A stretch of 32,000 nucleotides of DNA from Mycolicibacterium smegmatis (GCF_001457595.1 NZ_LN831039.1:6210001-6242000); one strand, 5' to 3'. Positions 18,583-28,648 are shown, numbered from the stretch's first letter. Made by a program: numbers and translations. The notes: a model not told the origin generated them from the letters alone.

Positions 18583-21393
18583 CTAGGCCTTCTTGGCGGC
18601 GGCTTTCTTGGCGGGTGCCTTCTTGGCGGCCTTCTTCGCCGGGGCCTTCTTCTTCACCGGGCCACGGGCACGGCGGTCGGCCAGCAGTTCGGAGGCACGC
18701 TCGTCGGTGATGGTCAGCACATCGTCGCCCTTACGCAGGCTCGCGTTGGTCTCACCGTCGGTGACGTACGGGCCGAACCGGCCGTCCTTGATCACCATCG
18801 GCTTGCCCGAGACCGGGTCGTTGCCCAGTTCGCGCAGCGGCGGAGCCGACGCGGCCTGGCGGCCACGGCGTTTCGGCTCGGCGTAGATCTTGAGTGCCTC
18901 GTCGAGGGTGATCGTGAAGATCTGGTCCTCGGTGGCCAGCGAGCGAGAGTCGGTGCCGCGCTTGAGGTATGGCCCGTAGCGGCCGTTCTGCGCGGTGATC
19001 TCCTCGTTGGTCGTCGGATCGACACCCACGACGCGCGGCAGCGACAGCAGCTTGAGCGCGTCCTCAAGCGTCACGGTCTCCAGATCCATCGACCGGAAGA
19101 GCGATCCCGTGCGCGGCTTGGGACCGGTCGGCTTCTTGCCCTTCTTCGCCGGGGTGCCGGCCGTACCGTCGTCCCCGCCGTCTTCGGGTTCGGGCAGCAC
19201 CTCGGTGACATACGGCCCGAAACGCCCGTCCTTGGCGACGATCTCGTGGCCGGTCTCCGGGTCGATGCCCAGCGAGCGTCCCTCTTGCGGTGTGGCGAAG
19301 AGCTTTTCGGCGAGCTCAGGGGTGAGCTCGTCGGGCGTCAGATCCTCTTTGAGGTTGGCGCGCTGCGGTTTCTGCTCACCCGGGTTGTCGGGATCGTCGA
19401 CCATGCGCTCCAGGTACGGCCCGTTGCGCCCCACCCGGACGTACACCGGACGACCCTCGGAGTCGTCGAAAACCTTGATGGAGTTGACTTCTCGCGCGTC
19501 GATGCCTTCGAGGTTGCCGCCGACGAGCTGCTTGAGTCCTCCGGCGCGCGCGATCGAACCCTCGACGCCGTGCTCACCGCCGAAGTAGAAGTTGTTGAGC
19601 CAGTTGGTGCGTTGCTCCTGGCCGTTGGCGATCTCGTCGAGTTCGTCTTCCATGGCCGCGGTGAAGTCGTAGTCCACCAACCGGCCGAAATGCTGCTCGA
19701 GGAGGCCGACGACGGCGAACGCGACCCAGGACGGCACCAGCGCGCTGCCCTTCTTCTGGACGTAGCCGCGGTCCTGGATGGTCTTGATGATCGAGCTGTA
19801 GGTCGACGGACGGCCGATGCCCAGCTCTTCGAGGGCCTTGATGAGCGAGGCCTCGGTGTAGCGGGCGGGCGGGCTGGTCTGGTGGCCGTCGGCGCTCAGA
19901 TCGGCCGCGTCGACGCGCTGCCCCTGCGTGAGGTTGGGCAGGCGGCTCTCGGCGTCGTCGGACTCGCCGCCGGCGAGTTCGTCGATGCTTTCGACGTAGG
20001 CCTTGAGGAAGCCCGGGAACGTGATGGTGCGGCCCGAGGCGTTGAACACCACCTGCTCACCCGAACTCGCTGAGCCGCCGATGCGCAGGCTCAGCGTGGT
20101 GCCGCGCGCGTCGGCCATCTGCGAGGCGACGGTGCGCTGCCAGATCAGCTCGTAGAGCCGGAACTCGTCGGTGTCCAGCGCGCTGTGCAGCTGCCCCGGC
20201 GTCTGGAACACGTCGCCGGCGGGGCGGATGGCCTCGTGGGCCTCCTGTGCGTTCTTGACCTTGCGGGTGTACTGCCGCGGCGACGGGTGCACGTACTCCT
20301 CGCCGTAGAGCTGACGGGCCTGTGTACGCGCGGCGTTGATGGCCGACTCCGACAGCGTGGTCGAGTCGGTACGCATGTAGGTGATGTAGCCGTTCTCGTA
20401 CAGCCGCTGCGCGATGCTCATGGTGCGCTCGGAGGAGAACCGCAGCTTGCGGGCCGCTTCCTGCTGCAGCGTCGACGTCATGAACGGCGCATAGGGCCGA
20501 CGGGTGTAGGGCTTCTGCTCGACCGAGGTGACCGCCAGCTGCGCGCCGCGCAGCCCCGAGGCCAGCGCGCCCGCGCTCGCCTCGTCGAGCACCAGCACCT
20601 CGTCGGGCCGCTTGAGCTGGCCCAGCGAGTCGAAATCGCGGCCGGTCGCGACGCGGCGGCCGTCGACCGTGTTGAGCTTGGCGGTGAACTTCGGCGGCGA
20701 CGCCGACGGATCGGACACGCTCGCGTCCAGCTCGGCGGTCACATCCCAGTAGGACGCGCTGTGGAACGCCATGCGCTCGCGTTCGCGCTGCACGATGATG
20801 CGCGTGGCCACCGACTGCACGCGGCCCGCGCTCAGCTTCGGCGCGACCTTCTTCCACAGCACGGGGCTGACCTCGTAGCCGTACAGACGGTCGAGGATGC
20901 GGCGGGTCTCCTGCGCGTCGACCAGCGCGATGTCCAGGTCACGCGGGTTCTCGGCGGCGTTGCGGATCGCGGGCTCGGTGATCTCGTGGAACACCATGCG
21001 CTTGACCGGCACGCGCGGCTTGAGCGTCTCCAGCAGGTGCCAGGCGATGGCCTCACCCTCGCGGTCACCGTCAGTGGCGAGGTAGAGCTCGTCGACGTCC
21101 TTGAGCAGGCCCTTGAGTTCGGTGACCGTGGACTTCTTCTCCGGGCTGACGATGTAGAGCGGCTCGAAGTTCTGGTCGACGTTGACGCCAAGGCGCGCCC
21201 ACGGCTCGGACTTGAACTTCGCCGGCACGTCGGCGGCGTTGCGGGGCAGGTCACGGATGTGGCCGCGGGACGATTCCACGACGTAATTCGAGCCGAGGTA
21301 GCCAGCTATCTTGCGCGCCTTCGTCGGCGACTCGACAATCACGAGTCGCCGGACATTACCTGTTCCACCGCTGCCGCGGTCGCCGCCAGCCAA
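18583..21393 (-). CDS. topA: DNA topoisomerase I, with C-terminal Lys/Ala-rich tail
   Basis: RRLVIVESPTKARKIAGYL Toprim, DGDREGEAIAWHL, GYITYMRTDSTTLSE active-site Tyr motif, KKAPAKKAAKKAPAKKAAAKKA tail. Confidence 0.97.
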   Translation of the reverse strand: MAGGDRGSGGTGNVRRLVIVESPTKARKIAGYLGSNYVVESSRGHIRDLPRNAADVPAKFKSEPWARLGVNVDQNFEPLYIVSPEKKSTVTELKGLLKDVDELYLATDGDREGEAIAWHLLETLKPRVPVKRMVFHEITEPAIRNAAENPRDLDIALVDAQETRRILDRLYGYEVSPVLWKKVAPKLSAGRVQSVATRIIVQRERERMAFHSASYWDVTAELDASVSDPSASPPKFTAKLNTVDGRRVATGRDFDSLGQLKRPDEVLVLDEASAGALASGLRGAQLAVTSVEQKPYTRRPYAPFMTSTLQQEAARKLRFSSERTMSIAQRLYENGYITYMRTDSTTLSESAINAARTQARQLYGEEYVHPSPRQYTRKVKNAQEAHEAIRPAGDVFQTPGQLHSALDTDEFRLYELIWQRTVASQMADARGTTLSLRIGGSASSGEQVVFNASGRTITFPGFLKAYVESIDELAGGESDDAESRLPNLTQGQRVDAADLSADGHQTSPPARYTEASLIKALEELGIGRPSTYSSIIKTIQDRGYVQKKGSALVPSWVAFAVVGLLEQHFGRLVDYDFTAAMEDELDEIANGQEQRTNWLNNFYFGGEHGVEGSIARAGGLKQLVGGNLEGIDAREVNSIKVFDDSEGRPVYVRVGRNGPYLERMVDDPDNPGEQKPQRANLKEDLTPDELTPELAEKLFATPQEGRSLGIDPETGHEIVAKDGRFGPYVTEVLPEPEDGGDDGTAGTPAKKGKKPTGPKPRTGSLFRSMDLETVTLEDALKLLSLPRVVGVDPTTNEEITAQNGRYGPYLKRGTDSRSLATEDQIFTITLDEALKIYAEPKRRGRQAASAPPLRELGNDPVSGKPMVIKDGRFGPYVTDGETNASLRKGDDVLTITDERASELLADRRARGPVKKKAPAKKAAKKAPAKKAAAKKA

Positions 21394-21496
21394 CTGTGCC
21401 TACGCTCCACTTCTGTAGTCACCTCGCCACGCGAGGCAACTGCCAATCTCGCATCACCCTAGAGCCTATGCAAACCGGCTCTCTGCCTGCGCACCA

Positions 21497-22090
21497 TTAA
21501 ATACGTGGCCACTGCGCCAACGCCGCGACATCCCCCGGCGGTTCCCCCACATTCTCTACCAGGCGTAACAGGCGCCGCCGTCCGCTGATGCGCAGCGCCG
21601 GGTGGGAGCCGCGGGTACCGATCAGCGTCGGGGCGATTCCCACGCGCATCATGGCCGACGCGAGCACCGGGTGCGTGTCGGGTGCGTGCGGATCGAGCCC
21701 CAAGAGGTAGCGGTCGTCGGCCTCCGGCGTGCCCGCGGCCAGCGTCCAGGCACGCAGTTCCCGCGAGCCCGGCAACCACTCGGGAGGCACGGTCTTGACC
21801 GCGCCGCGCGTCCACGCGCGCGCCAGCGGCACCAGCCGCACATCCATGGTCGTGCGCACCAGCGGAGTGTTCTCCTCGGTGCGGGCTATCTCCGCGGTGA
21901 GGCCGGCCTGCTCGATCATCTCGGCCAGCCCGTGCGCACGCCACAGCTCGTCGACCACCACCGATATCCTCGCGGTCGGATGACCACCGCCACCCACCAC
22001 CAGGATCTGGCCTGGCGCAGCCAGCATCCCGGTCAGGTCGGTCACCGCGGGCGGCACCGACTCGGCCGAGAAGAAGGACAGCTGGCTCAC
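21497..22090 (-). CDS. Conserved hypothetical protein (Rv3647c-like by synteny)
   Basis: 198-codon ORF between topA and cspA on the same strand; typical codon bias. Confidence 0.7.
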   Translation of the reverse strand: MSQLSFFSAESVPPAVTDLTGMLAAPGQILVVGGGGHPTARISVVVDELWRAHGLAEMIEQAGLTAEIARTEENTPLVRTTMDVRLVPLARAWTRGAVKTVPPEWLPGSRELRAWTLAAGTPEADDRYLLGLDPHAPDTHPVLASAMMRVGIAPTLIGTRGSHPALRISGRRRLLRLVENVGEPPGDVAALAQWPRI

Positions 22091-22129
22091 GGATCGACAC
22101 TAAGCCAGTGACGACCTCGGAAACGAGAA

Positions 22130-22167
22130 CACCCCCGCGGTGTCCCGTGGGACGTGTCGCGGGGGTG
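22130..22167 (-). terminator. Candidate hairpin terminator downstream of the cold shock gene
   Basis: Perfect 10-bp inverted repeat CACCCCCGCG (22130-22139) / CGCGGGGGTG (22158-22167) with inner GTCCC/GGGAC; sits 19 bp past the cspA stop. No long U-tract. Confidence 0.6.
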
Positions 22168-22185
22168 CTGTCAGGTTTGTCTCGC

Positions 22186-22389
22186 TCAGATGGTCCGGAC
22201 ACCCGTGGCCTGCGGCCCCTTGGGGCTCTGGCCGACCTCGAACTCAACCTTCTGGTTTTCCTCCAGGGTGCGGAAGCCGCTGCCCTGGATTTCCGTGTAG
22301 TGGACAAACACGTCAGCGGAGCCGTCCTCGGGGGCGATGAAGCCGAAGCCCTTCTCCGCGTTGAACCACTTCACAGTTCCCTGTGGCAT
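22186..22389 (-). CDS. cspA: Cold shock protein (CspA family)
   Basis: [45 protein letters not shown]-1/RNP-2 motifs. Confidence 0.97.
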   Translation of the reverse strand: MPQGTVKWFNAEKGFGFIAPEDGSADVFVHYTEIQGSGFRTLEENQKVEFEVGQSPKGPQATGVRTI

Positions 22390-22690
22390 TTCTCGATATT
22401 TCCTTCTCTTCTTACCGGGTGCGGTCCACCGACTTCCGGCGTACCGGGCCCGTTCCGACCGCCATACCTTCGTGGAGTCGTCGGAACTTGACCCGACCTA
22501 CAACCCTCGCAGGAACCGCGATCGCAACGACGATCCTGCGAGTGCAAAGACACGAACACAGAAGCTGCGACCGTGATCAGTCAATCATGTTCAGGGCGAG
22601 TGCGACAGTCTTGTCGCACGGTTGGCTGGTGAAGAATTTGTGTCACGGGGCGGGACGACCGCACCGCGAGAGACGACAGGAGGTCCGGAC

Positions 22691-25021
22691 GTGTCGGATC
22701 GGGGGCTGGAATTCGGCCGTGAGCTGCTGAATTGCGCCGTTGAGGGCACCCCCGGCGACGATAATCCGCTACGCCACGTTGCGGATTTGGCACCCCGGAC
22801 GGGCAAACCGGTTCCGTGGCCGGCGTGGGCTCACCCAGATGTGGTGCGCGCGTTGCATGATCACGGAATCACCGCGCCGTGGTCGCATCAGCTGTCCGCC
22901 GCGCAGCTGGCGCACGACGGCAGACACGTGGTGATCTCGACCGGCACCGCCTCGGGCAAGTCCCTGGCGTACCAGTTGCCGATCCTCTCGGCGCTCGCCG
23001 ACGATCCCCGCGCCCGGGTGCTGTACCTGTCCCCGACCAAGGCGCTCGGACACGATCAGCTGCGCGCCGCGCACGCCCTCACCGAAAGCGTCGCCGCCCT
23101 ACGCGATGTCGCGCCCGCGCCGTATGACGGTGACAGCGCGACCGAGGTGCGCCGCTTCGCCCGGGAACGGTCACGCTGGATCTTCTCCAACCCCGACATG
23201 ATCCATCTGTCCCTGTTGCGCAACCACTCCCGCTGGGCGGTGTTCCTGCGCAACCTGCGCTACATCGTGGTCGACGAATGCCATTACTACCGCGGCATTT
23301 TCGGGTCAAACGTGGCGATGGTGCTGCGCAGGCTGCTGCGTCTGTGCGAGCGGTACTCGGCCAACGGCGCGACACCGACCGTCATCTTCGCCAGCGCCAC
23401 CACCTCATCCCCGGCCGAGACGGCCGCCGAGCTGATCGGCCAGACCGTCGTCGAGGTCACCGAGGACGGCTCGCCGCAGGGCGCACGCACCATCGCGCTG
23501 TGGGAGCCCGCGCTCCTGCCCGACCTGGCCGGTGAGAACGGCGCCCCGGTCCGACGCTCGGCCGGCTCGGAGGCCGGCCGGGTGATGGCCGATCTCGTCG
23601 CCGAGGGCGCCCGCACGCTGACGTTCGTGCGGTCGCGTCGCGGCGCCGAGCTCACCGCGCTGGGGGCGCGCGCCCGATTGTCCGAGACCGCACCCGATTT
23701 GGTCGAGCAGGTCGCCTCCTACCGGGCCGGGTACCTCGCCGAGGACCGCCGCGAGCTCGAGCACGCGCTCAGCGACGGACGGCTGCGGGGTCTGGCCACC
23801 ACCAACGCGCTGGAACTCGGTATCGACATCGCGGGCCTGGACGCCGTGGTGATGGCGGGATTCCCCGGCACGGTCGCGTCGTTCTGGCAGCAGGCCGGAC
23901 GCTCGGGGCGACGCGGACAGGGTGCGCTCGTCGTGCTGATCGCACGCGACGACCCGCTGGACACCTACCTGGTGCACCATCCGGCCGCGCTGCTGGACAA
24001 GCCGATCGAACGCGTCGTGATCGATCCGACCAACCCACACGTGCTGGGCCCGCAACTGCTGTGCGCGGCCGCCGAACTGCCACTCACCGAGGCCGAGGTG
24101 CGCAGGTGGGACGCCGAGGCGGTGGCCCAGCGGCTCGTCGACGACGGACTGCTGCGCAAGCGTCCCGCCGGATACTTTCCCGCGCCGGGCGTCGATCCGC
24201 ATCCGGCAGTGGACATCCGGGGTTCGACAGGCGGGCAGATCGCGATCCTTGAGGCCGACACCGGCCGCATGCTCGGCAGCGCAGGCGCGGGCCAGGCGGC
24301 GTCGTCGGTGCACCCGGGCGCGGTGTACCTGCACCAGGGCGAGAGTTATGTGGTCGACTCACTCGACTTCGAGGACGGCATCGCCTTCGTGCATGCCGAA
24401 GATCCCGGCTACACGACCTTCGCCCGTGAGATCACCGACATCTCCGTGACCGGTCCGGGCGAGCGGGTGGACCACGGACCCGTCACCATCGGGCTGGTGC
24501 CGGTGTCGGTGACCAACACCGTCGTCGGCTATCTACGCCGCCGGATGGACGGCGAGGTCATCGATTTCGTCGAACTCGACATGCCGCCGCGCACACTGGA
24601 CACCATGGCGGTGATGTGCACGATCACCCCGGAGGCCTTGCAGGACAACGGGATCGAGCAGCTCTCGGTGCCCGGGGCGTTGCATGCCGCCGAGCACGCC
24701 TCGATCGGCCTGCTCCCTCTGGTCGCCAGTTGCGACCGCGGCGACATCGGCGGGGTGTCGACCGCTGTGGGTCCGGTCGACGGATTGCCGTCGATCTTCG
24801 TCTACGACGGATATCCCGGAGGTGCGGGATTCGCCGATCGCGGCTACCGCCAGCTGCAGACGTGGTGGGGTGCGACGGCCGCGGCGATCGAGGCCTGCGA
24901 GTGCCCGAGTGGATGCCCCTCGTGCGTGCAGTCGCCCAAGTGCGGTAACGGCAACGATCCGTTGGACAAGGCTGGGGCGGTGAAGGTACTTCGTCTGGTG
25001 CTCGGCGCGCTGACGAAGTAG
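22691..25021 (+). CDS. DEAD/DEAH-box helicase with DUF1998/MrfA-type C-terminal Cys cluster
   Basis: ISTGTASGKSLAYQLP (motif I), VVDECHYYRG (DECH), FASATT; CECPSGCPSCVQSPKCGNGN. The ORF extends in frame to a TTG at 22622; GTG 22691 is preferred. Confidence 0.88.
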   Translation: MSDRGLEFGRELLNCAVEGTPGDDNPLRHVADLAPRTGKPVPWPAWAHPDVVRALHDHGITAPWSHQLSAAQLAHDGRHVVISTGTASGKSLAYQLPILSALADDPRARVLYLSPTKALGHDQLRAAHALTESVAALRDVAPAPYDGDSATEVRRFARERSRWIFSNPDMIHLSLLRNHSRWAVFLRNLRYIVVDECHYYRGIFGSNVAMVLRRLLRLCERYSANGATPTVIFASATTSSPAETAAELIGQTVVEVTEDGSPQGARTIALWEPALLPDLAGENGAPVRRSAGSEAGRVMADLVAEGARTLTFVRSRRGAELTALGARARLSETAPDLVEQVASYRAGYLAEDRRELEHALSDGRLRGLATTNALELGIDIAGLDAVVMAGFPGTVASFWQQAGRSGRRGQGALVVLIARDDPLDTYLVHHPAALLDKPIERVVIDPTNPHVLGPQLLCAAAELPLTEAEVRRWDAEAVAQRLVDDGLLRKRPAGYFPAPGVDPHPAVDIRGSTGGQIAILEADTGRMLGSAGAGQAASSVHPGAVYLHQGESYVVDSLDFEDGIAFVHAEDPGYTTFAREITDISVTGPGERVDHGPVTIGLVPVSVTNTVVGYLRRRMDGEVIDFVELDMPPRTLDTMAVMCTITPEALQDNGIEQLSVPGALHAAEHASIGLLPLVASCDRGDIGGVSTAVGPVDGLPSIFVYDGYPGGAGFADRGYRQLQTWWGATAAAIEACECPSGCPSCVQSPKCGNGNDPLDKAGAVKVLRLVLGALTK

Positions 25022-25295
25022 ACGTTTGCCCCCCGACCCGCGTTGACGACCGACCCCTCGACGGCCGACGACGCGGTTCCACCAAACCCTCGGGCGCGCC
25101 GAACACTCAAACGTTGCGGCAAACGGTCGGACAACACGATCCGTTCCCAATCCCGGAGGCCGGGTGCAGGAGGCAAATTACGTCACCGGCGTGACGTTCG
25201 CAACCCGTATCCCCAGCAGGGCCGGATCGAGCACCCAACCGGTGCGGATTCCGTACCTCCTGTCGCCGTCTTCTCCAAGATCAGACCCCGGTAAA

Positions 25296-26321
25296 ATGGG
25301 TGGCATGACCCACGACTGGCTGCTCGTGGAAACACTCGGTAGTGAGCCCGCTGTGGTGGCGAGAGGTTCGCAGACCAAGAATCTCATTCCGATCAGCGTG
25401 TTTCTGCGTCGCAATCCCAACCTGATGGCCATCCAGAGCGCCATCGGGGAGACCGTCCGCGCCGGTCAGGGCCTCAGCAGCATTACGCCCAAGACCAAGC
25501 GCGTAATCCGCACCGAAGTGGTGCGAATGACGGACGGATGCATCCATGGCGTGCATGTTTGGGTCGGTCCGGCGAACGCAGAACCACCTGAACGACTGAT
25601 TCCGGGGCCTCTGGTCTGGGATCTCACGACCGGCGTCGCCACCGACACTCCTGAATCCATCTTCAACAGCGGAATGGACCCCGCCGTCGAGGCCACCGAT
25701 GGCCGCACGTTTGCTGATGACCTGCCCACACGCGATCTCAACCCGAGCGAGGCAAAGGTTCTGTCGCTCGTGATCAATCCACAGCCGGGCACGACGATTT
25801 GCACCACGTGGGATGTGACCGACTTCCGCGGCGAGCCCGTCACGGTCGGTTTCGTGTCCCGCACGATGGTGGAAACCGGACCCGACGGGCGGGATCGCAC
25901 GGTCTGCCGCGCCATGAACTGGCGCAGTGAACGCGACGCCGCCGAGGTGCCCGCCGACTATCTCGCCCAGCGGATCCTCGACGGCCTGGCGCGGCCGGAT
26001 GTCCACCGCGCACTCGTCGACCTCAACAACTGGAAGCTGCTGAAGTGGCTCGACGAGCCGGCGCCGTTCATCGACTGGCGAAACCGTGAGGGCGGTGCGT
26101 CCCGGATCCACCCCGACGACACCGCCCACATGGAGCGCATGGCGGCGGAGTTCGCCACCGGGTTCACCACGGCCGTGCTGCGGATGCGCACCAGCGGCGG
26201 TGGTTGGCAGTCCGTGCACATGACGATCAACCGCGTGGAACTCGAACCCGGCACCTATGCCGGGCTGCTGGCGCTGCGGTTGCCCAGTGACGCCGAGATC
26301 GTCGGCGCGGATTCGGGTTGA
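25296..26321 (+). CDS. Conserved hypothetical protein, Rv3651-like (DUF5593/GAF-PAS type by recall)
   Basis: ~341-aa ORF from ATG 25296 or 25305; position between the helicase and the Tad locus matches Rv3651. Confidence 0.65.
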   Translation: MGGMTHDWLLVETLGSEPAVVARGSQTKNLIPISVFLRRNPNLMAIQSAIGETVRAGQGLSSITPKTKRVIRTEVVRMTDGCIHGVHVWVGPANAEPPERLIPGPLVWDLTTGVATDTPESIFNSGMDPAVEATDGRTFADDLPTRDLNPSEAKVLSLVINPQPGTTICTTWDVTDFRGEPVTVGFVSRTMVETGPDGRDRTVCRAMNWRSERDAAEVPADYLAQRILDGLARPDVHRALVDLNNWKLLKWLDEPAPFIDWRNREGGASRIHPDDTAHMERMAAEFATGFTTAVLRMRTSGGGWQSVHMTINRVELEPGTYAGLLALRLPSDAEIVGADSG

Positions 26322-26405
26322 GCCGCGCTCGACGCACTCGCGAGTGTGAAGTCTCTGCGAGAAATCGCGCGGAACGTCGCAGAGGCTTCACACTCGCGGA
26401 ATGTG

Positions 26406-26780
26406 TCACCCCACCGGGCCGGCACGCGCGGATGCCTTGGCCGGACCGACGTCCCAGCGCCCCAGCGCGACGGCAACCTCGACGGTGAGCACCACATCGA
26501 GATCCTCGACCCGGCACGACGTGACACCGCTGCGCATCCTGCGGGCGACCTGACCGGCCTGCTCGCACGCCGCGGCGGGTCCGGTCGCCACGACATTCGC
26601 CGCCGCCAACGCCGCCAGATCGGCAGCCGCCTGGGCCCGGTGCCGCGCCACCACCGCGGCACCGAGATAGGCGAAACCGCCTGCGAGGACCAGGAGTGCG
26701 GCGATCATCGCGACCGCGATGACACTGGCCACGCCACGCTGGTCAGACGCCAGGTTCCCGGGCCGATGCCGCCTCGGCAG
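26406..26780 (-). CDS. TadE/TadG-like membrane protein (Rv3654c-like); exact start unclear
   Basis: SDQRGVASVIAVAMIAALLVLAGGFAYLGAAVVARHRAQAAADLAALAAA; the ORF track extends it upstream by an out-of-frame overlap with the next gene. Confidence 0.75.
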   Translation of the reverse strand: MPRRHRPGNLASDQRGVASVIAVAMIAALLVLAGGFAYLGAAVVARHRAQAAADLAALAAANVVATGPAAACEQAGQVARRMRSGVTSCRVEDLDVVLTVEVAVALGRWDVGPAKASARAGPVG

Positions 26781-27075
26781 CGATGGTGAACCCCGGCAAC
26801 GGCGCATCGACGCTGACGCGGGCCACCAGGAACACCCCGTCGCCGCGAACCTCGACCAACGCCCCACGCGGCGCGATACGCCGGGCCACCTCCGCGGCGG
26901 ACCCGTCACCGCGTGCCGCCAACCGCGCCGCCTCACGGGCGGCGTCGACACAGAGCACCTGCATCGAGATCGCGCTGAGCCCACCGGCACACAACGCCAG
27001 CACAGCCACGAGCGCCGCGATCGCGAACGCCGCCTCGACCGTGACCGCACCCCGGTCATCGAGCCTCAGACGCTG
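26743..27075 (-). CDS. TadE-family pseudopilin-like protein (Rv3655c-like); exact start unclear
   Basis: LDDRGAVTVEAAFAIAALVAVLALCAGGLSAISMQVLCVDAAREAARLAARGD. Confidence 0.75.
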   Translation of the reverse strand, partial: QRLRLDDRGAVTVEAAFAIAALVAVLALCAGGLSAISMQVLCVDAAREAARLAARGDGSAAEVARRIAPRGALVEVRGDGVFLVARVSVDAPLPGFTIAAEAASAREPGV

Positions 27076-27266
27076 GTGTTGAGCGCGCGACTGATGATGT
27101 TGCTCAACGCATTCACCACCGAGTCGCCCGTCACCACGGTGTACAGGATCGCGCCGAACGCCGCCGCGGCAACGGTGCCCAGAGCGTATTCCACGGTGCT
27201 CATGCCTGAGTCGTCGACCGCGAGCAGTGCCATGCGTGCCTGGATTCCTTGAAATACCTTGCCCAT
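27066..27266 (-). CDS. DUF4244 / Flp-pilin-like small protein (Rv3656c-like)
   Basis: DDSGMSTVEYALGTVAAAAFGAILYTVVTGDSVVNALSNIIS; G|MSTVE resembles a prepilin processing site. Confidence 0.85.
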   Translation of the reverse strand: MGKVFQGIQARMALLAVDDSGMSTVEYALGTVAAAAFGAILYTVVTGDSVVNALSNIISRALNTSV

Positions 27267-27299
27267 GCTGGTTTTTCCTTTCCGTTGACCTCACTGACC

Positions 27300-27869
27300 T
27301 CACAACAAACCCGCCCCGAGAACGTCACCGGCGAGCCCCACCACCACCGGCACGATGCCGAGACACACGAACGCAGGCAGGTAGCACAGGCCTAGAGGGC
27401 CGGCCACGAGCACGCCCGCGCGTTCGGCGGCCGCATCGGCCGCAGCCGCCACGTCGTGACGTGACTGCGCCGCGAGTTCGGAAACCCCGTGCGCCAACGC
27501 CGTACCCGAGGCCGCCGACCGCCGCGCCATCCGCAGTAGTGCCTCGACGTTCTTGTCCTGTGTCTCGACACCGGAAGACCAGGCGGTCATCGGGTCGGCG
27601 CCCAGGGCCAACAGGTCCGAGGCCCGGATGAGCGCCTGCGCCAATGGCGTCGGCGCGGTGTGCGCCGCCGCCGCGGCAGCGGTCGACACCGCCATGCCCG
27701 CGGTGAGGCACGCCGCGAACAGGTCGAAGGTCGACGCGGCAGCCAGCGGATCGTCGGTCCCTGACGCCGCGCGCTCACGCCGTGGTGTCGTCGTCCGCAA
27801 CGCGCGAGCACGGGCGCGGGCCGGCGCGATCAACAACGCACCCGCCAGGCACAGGGCCGCCCAGGTCAT
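27300..27869 (-). CDS. Type II secretion F family protein, TadC-like (Rv3657c-like)
   Basis: TFDLFAACLTAGMAVSTAAAAAA...LGLCYLPAFVCLGIVPVVVGLAG. Confidence 0.85.
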   Translation of the reverse strand: MTWAALCLAGALLIAPARARARALRTTTPRRERAASGTDDPLAAASTFDLFAACLTAGMAVSTAAAAAAHTAPTPLAQALIRASDLLALGADPMTAWSSGVETQDKNVEALLRMARRSAASGTALAHGVSELAAQSRHDVAAAADAAAERAGVLVAGPLGLCYLPAFVCLGIVPVVVGLAGDVLGAGLL

Positions 27870-28648
27870 GACGTGACCTCCGCGGTGATCCGGTCCGACC
27901 ACAACAGGCCCGCGCACGCCAGGACCACACCGATCACGAGCAGCCATCCACCTGCCCCGGACGCCACCAAGAACGCCACGGGCGCAGCGCCGATCGCCTG
28001 CCCCAGCGCAATACCGGCCAATGGCAGTCCCGCGAGCACCAGCGCGGTGGTGCGCGGACCCGCCATGGCCGCACGCACACGTGCCGAGAACCGTTCACGT
28101 TCCACGATGTCCTCATGCGCGGCCCGCATGAGCGTGCCCAGCGCCAGACCATGTGTCTGCGCCAACCGCCAGCAGACCGCGAGCCGCTGCCAATGTCCGG
28201 GCAACTGTGACGCGCGTGCGACGTCGTCGAGTCCCGCGGCCACATCGGCCCCCAGACGTGCCCGCGCGGCGACGGCCCGCATGCCCTCGGCGACCGGACC
28301 GCCGGACTCACCGGCTGCGGCGCCGAACGCGTCGACCGGGTGTGCCCCGACGCGCAACTCCCCCACCAGGACGTCCAAAGCTCCCTGCAGGGCTGCGGAT
28401 TCGTCACGCCGATGCTGCGCGGCGGCCCGGTCTCGACGGCGCACCACGACGGTTCCCGCGACGACGCCGGCCGTGAGCGCGACCGGCAGGGGAAGCAACC
28501 AGGCCAGCGCCGCGGCCCCCACCAGGAGCCCCGGCAACATCCGTCGACGACGTCGACGAGGCGACACCTTCCGCGGGACACGCAGGCGCCGTGGGCGCGA
28601 GGGCCAGATCAACAACGCCGCCGCCAGGGCCAGCGCGGCGACGCTCAC
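27866..28648 (-). CDS. Type II secretion F family protein, TadB-like (Rv3658c-like)
   Basis: LVGELRVGAHPVDAFGAAAG...RVRAAMAGPRTTALVLAGLPLAGIALG; overlaps tadC start by 4 bp. Confidence 0.85.
   Translation of the reverse strand: MSVAALALAAALLIWPSRPRRLRVPRKVSPRRRRRRMLPGLLVGAAALAWLLPLPVALTAGVVAGTVVVRRRDRAAAQHRRDESAALQGALDVLVGELRVGAHPVDAFGAAAGESGGPVAEGMRAVAARARLGADVAAGLDDVARASQLPGHWQRLAVCWRLAQTHGLALGTLMRAAHEDIVERERFSARVRAAMAGPRTTALVLAGLPLAGIALGQAIGAAPVAFLVASGAGGWLLVIGVVLACAGLLWSDRITAEVTS

Noticed and set aside
20185-21462. 425-aa plus-strand ORF opposite topA
   Set aside because: Shadow of a highly conserved topA coding frame; no signal, motif or ribosome-site support.
22622-22690. TTG start for the helicase ORF
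   Set aside because: No good ribosome-binding site, directly adjacent to a hairpin; GTG 22691 or later is more plausible.
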